DNA of 46,874 nucleotides from an uncultured Methanosarcinales archaeon (GTDB lineage Archaea; Nanobdellota; Nanobdellia; Woesearchaeales; CAYZNE01): NCBI GenBank assembly GCA_964461035.1, contig CAYWRI010000010.1, positions 1 to 46,874 of the forward strand, read 5' to 3'. Shown piece by piece: positions 45,549 to 46,874 of this stretch (position 1 is its first letter; each line of letters starts with the position of its first letter). The notes under the pieces were generated by a model. It saw only the letters and a program-made list of their open reading frames with translations, ran no database searches and was not told where the DNA came from. The position numbers and the translations under genes were made by a program.

Positions 45549-46385
45549 ATGCAAATCAATATTCTTAAAAAATTAGAAGTAGAACTTAAATTAAGAGGAT
45601 TTTCTAAGCACACATTAGACTCTTATTTAAGATACAATAAAAAATTTCTTGAATTTATTAATAAAGAACCTGAAAATGTAGAAAAAGATGATCTAAAACT
45701 ATTTTTAAGTTATCTTTTAACAGAAAGAGGGATGTCTGCAAGATCTTTAAATTTAGTTAGAGCAGCATTATTATTCTGTTATAATGAAATTTTAGAAAAA
45801 AACATAATTAACATAAAAACTCCTAAAATAGAAAAATCGTTACCAACCATATTAACAAAAAAGGAAATTTTAGAATTATTTAAAGCAACACCTAATTTTA
45901 AATCAAAAATAATGTTAAAATTACTTTATTCTTCAGGTTTAAGAGTTAGCGAATTAGTTAATTTAAAGTATGAAGACTTAAATTTTGAAGAAAAAACAGG
46001 CCTTGTTCGTCAAGGAAAAGGAAAAAAGGATAGAATATTCATAGTATCTCAAGAAGTTCTTAAAAATATACATACATTTTCAAAAAAGCAAAATAAAATC
46101 AAAAGTTATATTTTTACTGGACCAAATAACAAATCATTAACTACGAGAAATATTCAAAAAATAATAAAAAATTCAGCTAAAAAAGCAGGGATAAATAAAA
46201 ATGTTACACCACATAAATTAAGGCATAGTTTTGCAACTCATCTTCTTGAATCTGGAACAGATATAAGAATGATTCAAGAATTATTAGGTCATTCTAATTT
46301 GCAAACAACACAAATATATACTCATGTTTCTCGAGAACGGATAAGGAAAATTATTAATCCTTTAGATAAATTAGAAGAAAAATAG
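45549..46385 (+). CDS. Tyrosine recombinase (XerA/XerC/D-like integrase)
   Basis: N-terminal core-binding domain, then GLRVSEL (Arg I), HKLRHSFATHLL (HxxR) and LGHSNLQTTQIYTHV (catalytic Tyr). Confidence 0.8.
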   Translation: MQINILKKLEVELKLRGFSKHTLDSYLRYNKKFLEFINKEPENVEKDDLKLFLSYLLTERGMSARSLNLVRAALLFCYNEILEKNIINIKTPKIEKSLPTILTKKEILELFKATPNFKSKIMLKLLYSSGLRVSELVNLKYEDLNFEEKTGLVRQGKGKKDRIFIVSQEVLKNIHTFSKKQNKIKSYIFTGPNNKSLTTRNIQKIIKNSAKKAGINKNVTPHKLRHSFATHLLESGTDIRMIQELLGHSNLQTTQIYTHVSRERIRKIINPLDKLEEK

Positions 46386-46404
46386 AACATTAAAATTTAT
46401 AATT

Positions 46405-46562
46405 TCTGCTTAAAAGTTTTAGCATCAAAAAGTTATCAAAAAATATTTTATTTATTGATTAATCAACTTATTGTAAAACAAATGTATTGATTAAGCAATA
46501 TATAGTGTGAACAATAAAAAGAAAAAATTTATTAAAAAAGTTTAACTAAAACTTTTAAGCAA
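46405..46562. repeat. Palindromic repeat element R2 (terminal inverted repeat tgcttaaaagtttta / taaaacttttaagca). It contains a perfect TTGATTAATCAA palindrome and a TTGATTAAGCAA copy
   Basis: tctgcttaaaagttttagcatc...ttgattaatcaa...ttgattaagcaa...taaaacttttaagcaatg. It lies immediately downstream of the recombinase gene. Confidence 0.6.
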
Positions 46563-46581
46563 TGATAAAAAAAATAAAACC

Positions 46582-46872
46582 TTATTTTTTCTTCTTTTTT
46601 CTAGTTTTTTTCTGGGTCTTTTTTGGTTTATGAGTTTTTACATTCATATCTAATTTAAGTCTAAAGATATTAAAAATAACTAATAAAAAAGTTCCACTAC
46701 CAACCACCAAAACTAATAATGAAAAAATTGGACCGATAAAAGAAAATGAACAAAGTAACGTGGTTAATAAAATTCCTAAAAATAATGCGGTTAAATGAAG
46801 ATGCAATGAAAAAGACTCTAAGATCGCACTTCCTATTCTATATGAAACTAAAATAAAACCAATTAATATCAT
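46582..46872 (-). CDS. Small membrane protein with a K-rich C-terminal tail (96 aa)
   Basis: Three hydrophobic segments are followed by a KKTQKKTRKKKKK tail. Confidence 0.35.
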   Translation of the reverse strand: MILIGFILVSYRIGSAILESFSLHLHLTALFLGILLTTLLCSFSFIGPIFSLLVLVVGSGTFLLVIFNIFRLKLDMNVKTHKPKKTQKKTRKKKKK

Positions 46873-46874
46873 TA

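Noticed and set aside
46386-46581. R2 as an archaeal dif site for a XerA-type recombinase
   Set aside because: A dif site here is plausible, but I cannot recall the archaeal dif consensus reliably enough to call a 28-bp site. The region is reported only as a palindromic repeat element.

Overview
AT-rich (roughly 25-30% G+C by eye) archaeal chromosomal segment. Shine-Dalgarno-like GGAGG/GGGGG motifs precede many start codons. The gene content is typical of a small-genome archaeon, plausibly DPANN-like; that lineage call is an inference. Core genes seen: aEF-1alpha followed by S10, GatD/GatE, RtcB and archease, an L37Ae-RpoP-Pcc1-prefoldin-beta block, NAC-alpha, Sec61-beta, the ABCE1 C-terminus, FlaI/FlaJ-type pilus machinery, a stand-alone 5S rRNA and tRNA-Pro. 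The first ~39 kb is mostly core genes plus a few surface-protein loci. The last ~7.5 kb (39.4-46.6 kb) looks like an accessory or mobile island. It begins with two unknown genes. It continues with a tyrosine-recombinase-bearing block bounded by two ~160-bp palindromic repeat elements. That block carries a PadR regulator, a K/E-rich unknown protein, and a co-directional operon of a PIN-nuclease, a KxDG RNA-ligase-like nucleotidyltransferase and a receiver-domain protein. The operon has a shared palindromic operator-like site. I consider the PIN-ligase module on this island the best candidate for an undescribed system. Other points worth a second look: a family of three ~80-160-bp intergenic elements, one with terminal inverted repeats; a G+C-richer, 5'-truncated HD-domain gene fragment; an 879-aa protein with an internal ~325-aa tandem duplication; a translationally coupled three-gene surface operon sharing a six-Cys module; two small conserved genes (Sec61-beta, RpoP) missing from the ORF track. 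Coordinates of small features may be off by 1-2 nt.
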